Of a stretch of 60,770 nucleotides of DNA, positions 59,840-60,770 are shown one piece after another. The notes beneath the pieces were generated by a model, which did no database searches, was not told where the DNA came from, and saw only the letters and a program-made list of their open reading frames with translations. Numbering within the stretch: position 1 is the stretch's first letter; each line of letters begins with the position of its first letter. Origin of the DNA: Pseudomonadota bacterium (GTDB lineage: Bacteria > Pseudomonadota > Alphaproteobacteria > Sphingomonadales > Sphingomonadaceae); assembly GCA_023432995.1 (NCBI GenBank), contig JAEZES010000151.1, forward strand, positions 1 through 60,770, written 5' to 3'. A program made the position numbers and the translations under genes.

Positions 59840-60343
59840 CTAGTTCTGCGTCACCACCGTCGACGGCGAGACCGCCTCGGCGGTCAGCACGGCGGCGTTG
59901 GGGCCGCGCTCGAGCGCGGCGGCGAGCTGGCGGGTCTCGGCGCAGCTGTCGCCGCACAGCGATTCGAGCTGGGCGAGGTTGCGCCGGGCCTTGTCGACCG
60001 CGCCCTTCTCGAGCAGCGCCTCGCCCTCGCCCGAGATCGCGGCGAAGTTGTTCGGATCGCGCTCGAGCGCCTCGCGGTAGTAGTGGATCGCCTTGCCCTG
60101 CAGGCCCTGCGCGCGCGCGGCCTCGGCGAGGTCGAGATAGACCGCGGTGTGCGCCGGATCGACCGCCAGAGCCGCTTCGAAACTGTCGATCGCCGCCTGC
60201 ACCTGCCCCGCGGCAAGCTCGCTGCGGCCCTCGGCGACGAGCGCCGCGGCGCGCGGATCAGGCTGGCGCGCGGCTCCGTAACCGACGCTCGACGTCACCG
60301 CGACAAGCAGGGACAAAGCGGCGGCAGCGGGGGTGTAACGCAT
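59840..60343 (-). CDS. Secreted TPR protein
   Basis: Signal peptide, AIDSFEAALAVDP and AIHYYREALERDP TPR repeats. Confidence 0.85.
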   Translation of the reverse strand: MRYTPAAAALSLLVAVTSSVGYGAARQPDPRAAALVAEGRSELAAGQVQAAIDSFEAALAVDPAHTAVYLDLAEAARAQGLQGKAIHYYREALERDPNNFAAISGEGEALLEKGAVDKARRNLAQLESLCGDSCAETRQLAAALERGPNAAVLTAEAVSPSTVVTQN

Positions 60344-60405
60344 CAAAAGCTCCTTGAGACCAGTCCCGTCCGGATGGCGTCGTTCAGCCATGAATGCGGA
60401 AGCTA

Positions 60406-60770
60406 TCATGCCTTTTCTAGACGTGCGATGAAAAATCCGTCCGTTCCGTCATGGAACGGTTCGAGCCGCCAACCCTGACCGCGCGGGCGGCCGAGCGGCA
60501 GCGCCGGCGGCTCGGCGCGCCAGCCCGGATGCGCTTCGAGGAAGCTGTCGACCTGCCGAGCGCCCTCCTCGTCGAGCAACGAACAGGTGACGTAGACCAG
60601 CCGCCCTCCCGGGCGGACCAGCGGCGCGGCGACGCCCAGCAGGTGCCGCTGCAGCGCCACCAGGCGCCCCAGTTCGGCTTCGTCGAGCCGCCAGCGCGCC
60701 TCGGGATTGCGCCGCCAGGTGCCGGTGCCCGAGCACGGCGCATCGACCATCACGGCGTCGGCCCGGCCGT
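60406..60770 (-). CDS. RsmB/NOP family RNA m5C methyltransferase (3' part; start lies beyond the window)
   Basis: VDAPCSGTG, LVYVTCS, TDGFF. Confidence 0.92.
   Translation of the reverse strand, partial: GRADAVMVDAPCSGTGTWRRNPEARWRLDEAELGRLVALQRHLLGVAAPLVRPGGRLVYVTCSLLDEEGARQVDSFLEAHPGWRAEPPALPLGRPRGQGWRLEPFHDGTDGFFIARLEKA

Overview
High-GC chromosomal window from an alphaproteobacterium. Gene order and protein style suggest Sphingomonadales (Erythrobacteraceae-like); this is an inference. Left arm (1-18.2 kb) is housekeeping: gap, tkt, zauP-like/zapA, an intervening lemA-DUF2207 pair, 6S RNA, ygfA, tRNA-Asp, the bkdA1/A2/B operon, thyA, tRNA-Pro, uxs and purF. The centre (18.2-52.8 kb) is a mosaic Wzx/Wzy-type surface-polysaccharide locus. 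It contains wzc, wza, wzx, wzy, an O-antigen-ligase-like protein, neuB/C/A, three SAM methyltransferases, a PhyH-type Fe(II)/2OG dioxygenase, a 2-hydroxyacid dehydrogenase, a Tat-exported beta-helix protein, an unassigned GT-B candidate nonulosonate transferase, a QuiNAc/FucNAc-type initiation trio and a PilZ gene. Right arm: cfa, a YdjM-like hydrolase, korA/korB, rppH, a TPR protein and a partial RsmB-family gene. Most notable: (1) a GxxExxY PD-(D/E)XK nuclease gene tightly bracketed by inverted repeats built from an 8-nt unit, one of which supplies its ribosome-binding site, resembling a compact nuclease-driven mobile element placed non-polarly in an operon; (2) two further unrelated palindromic repeat elements; (3) a possibly novel tailored nonulosonic-acid glycan pathway. 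Several single-base changes at invariant residues of core enzymes suggest sequencing errors. All calls are by eye; no database search was run.
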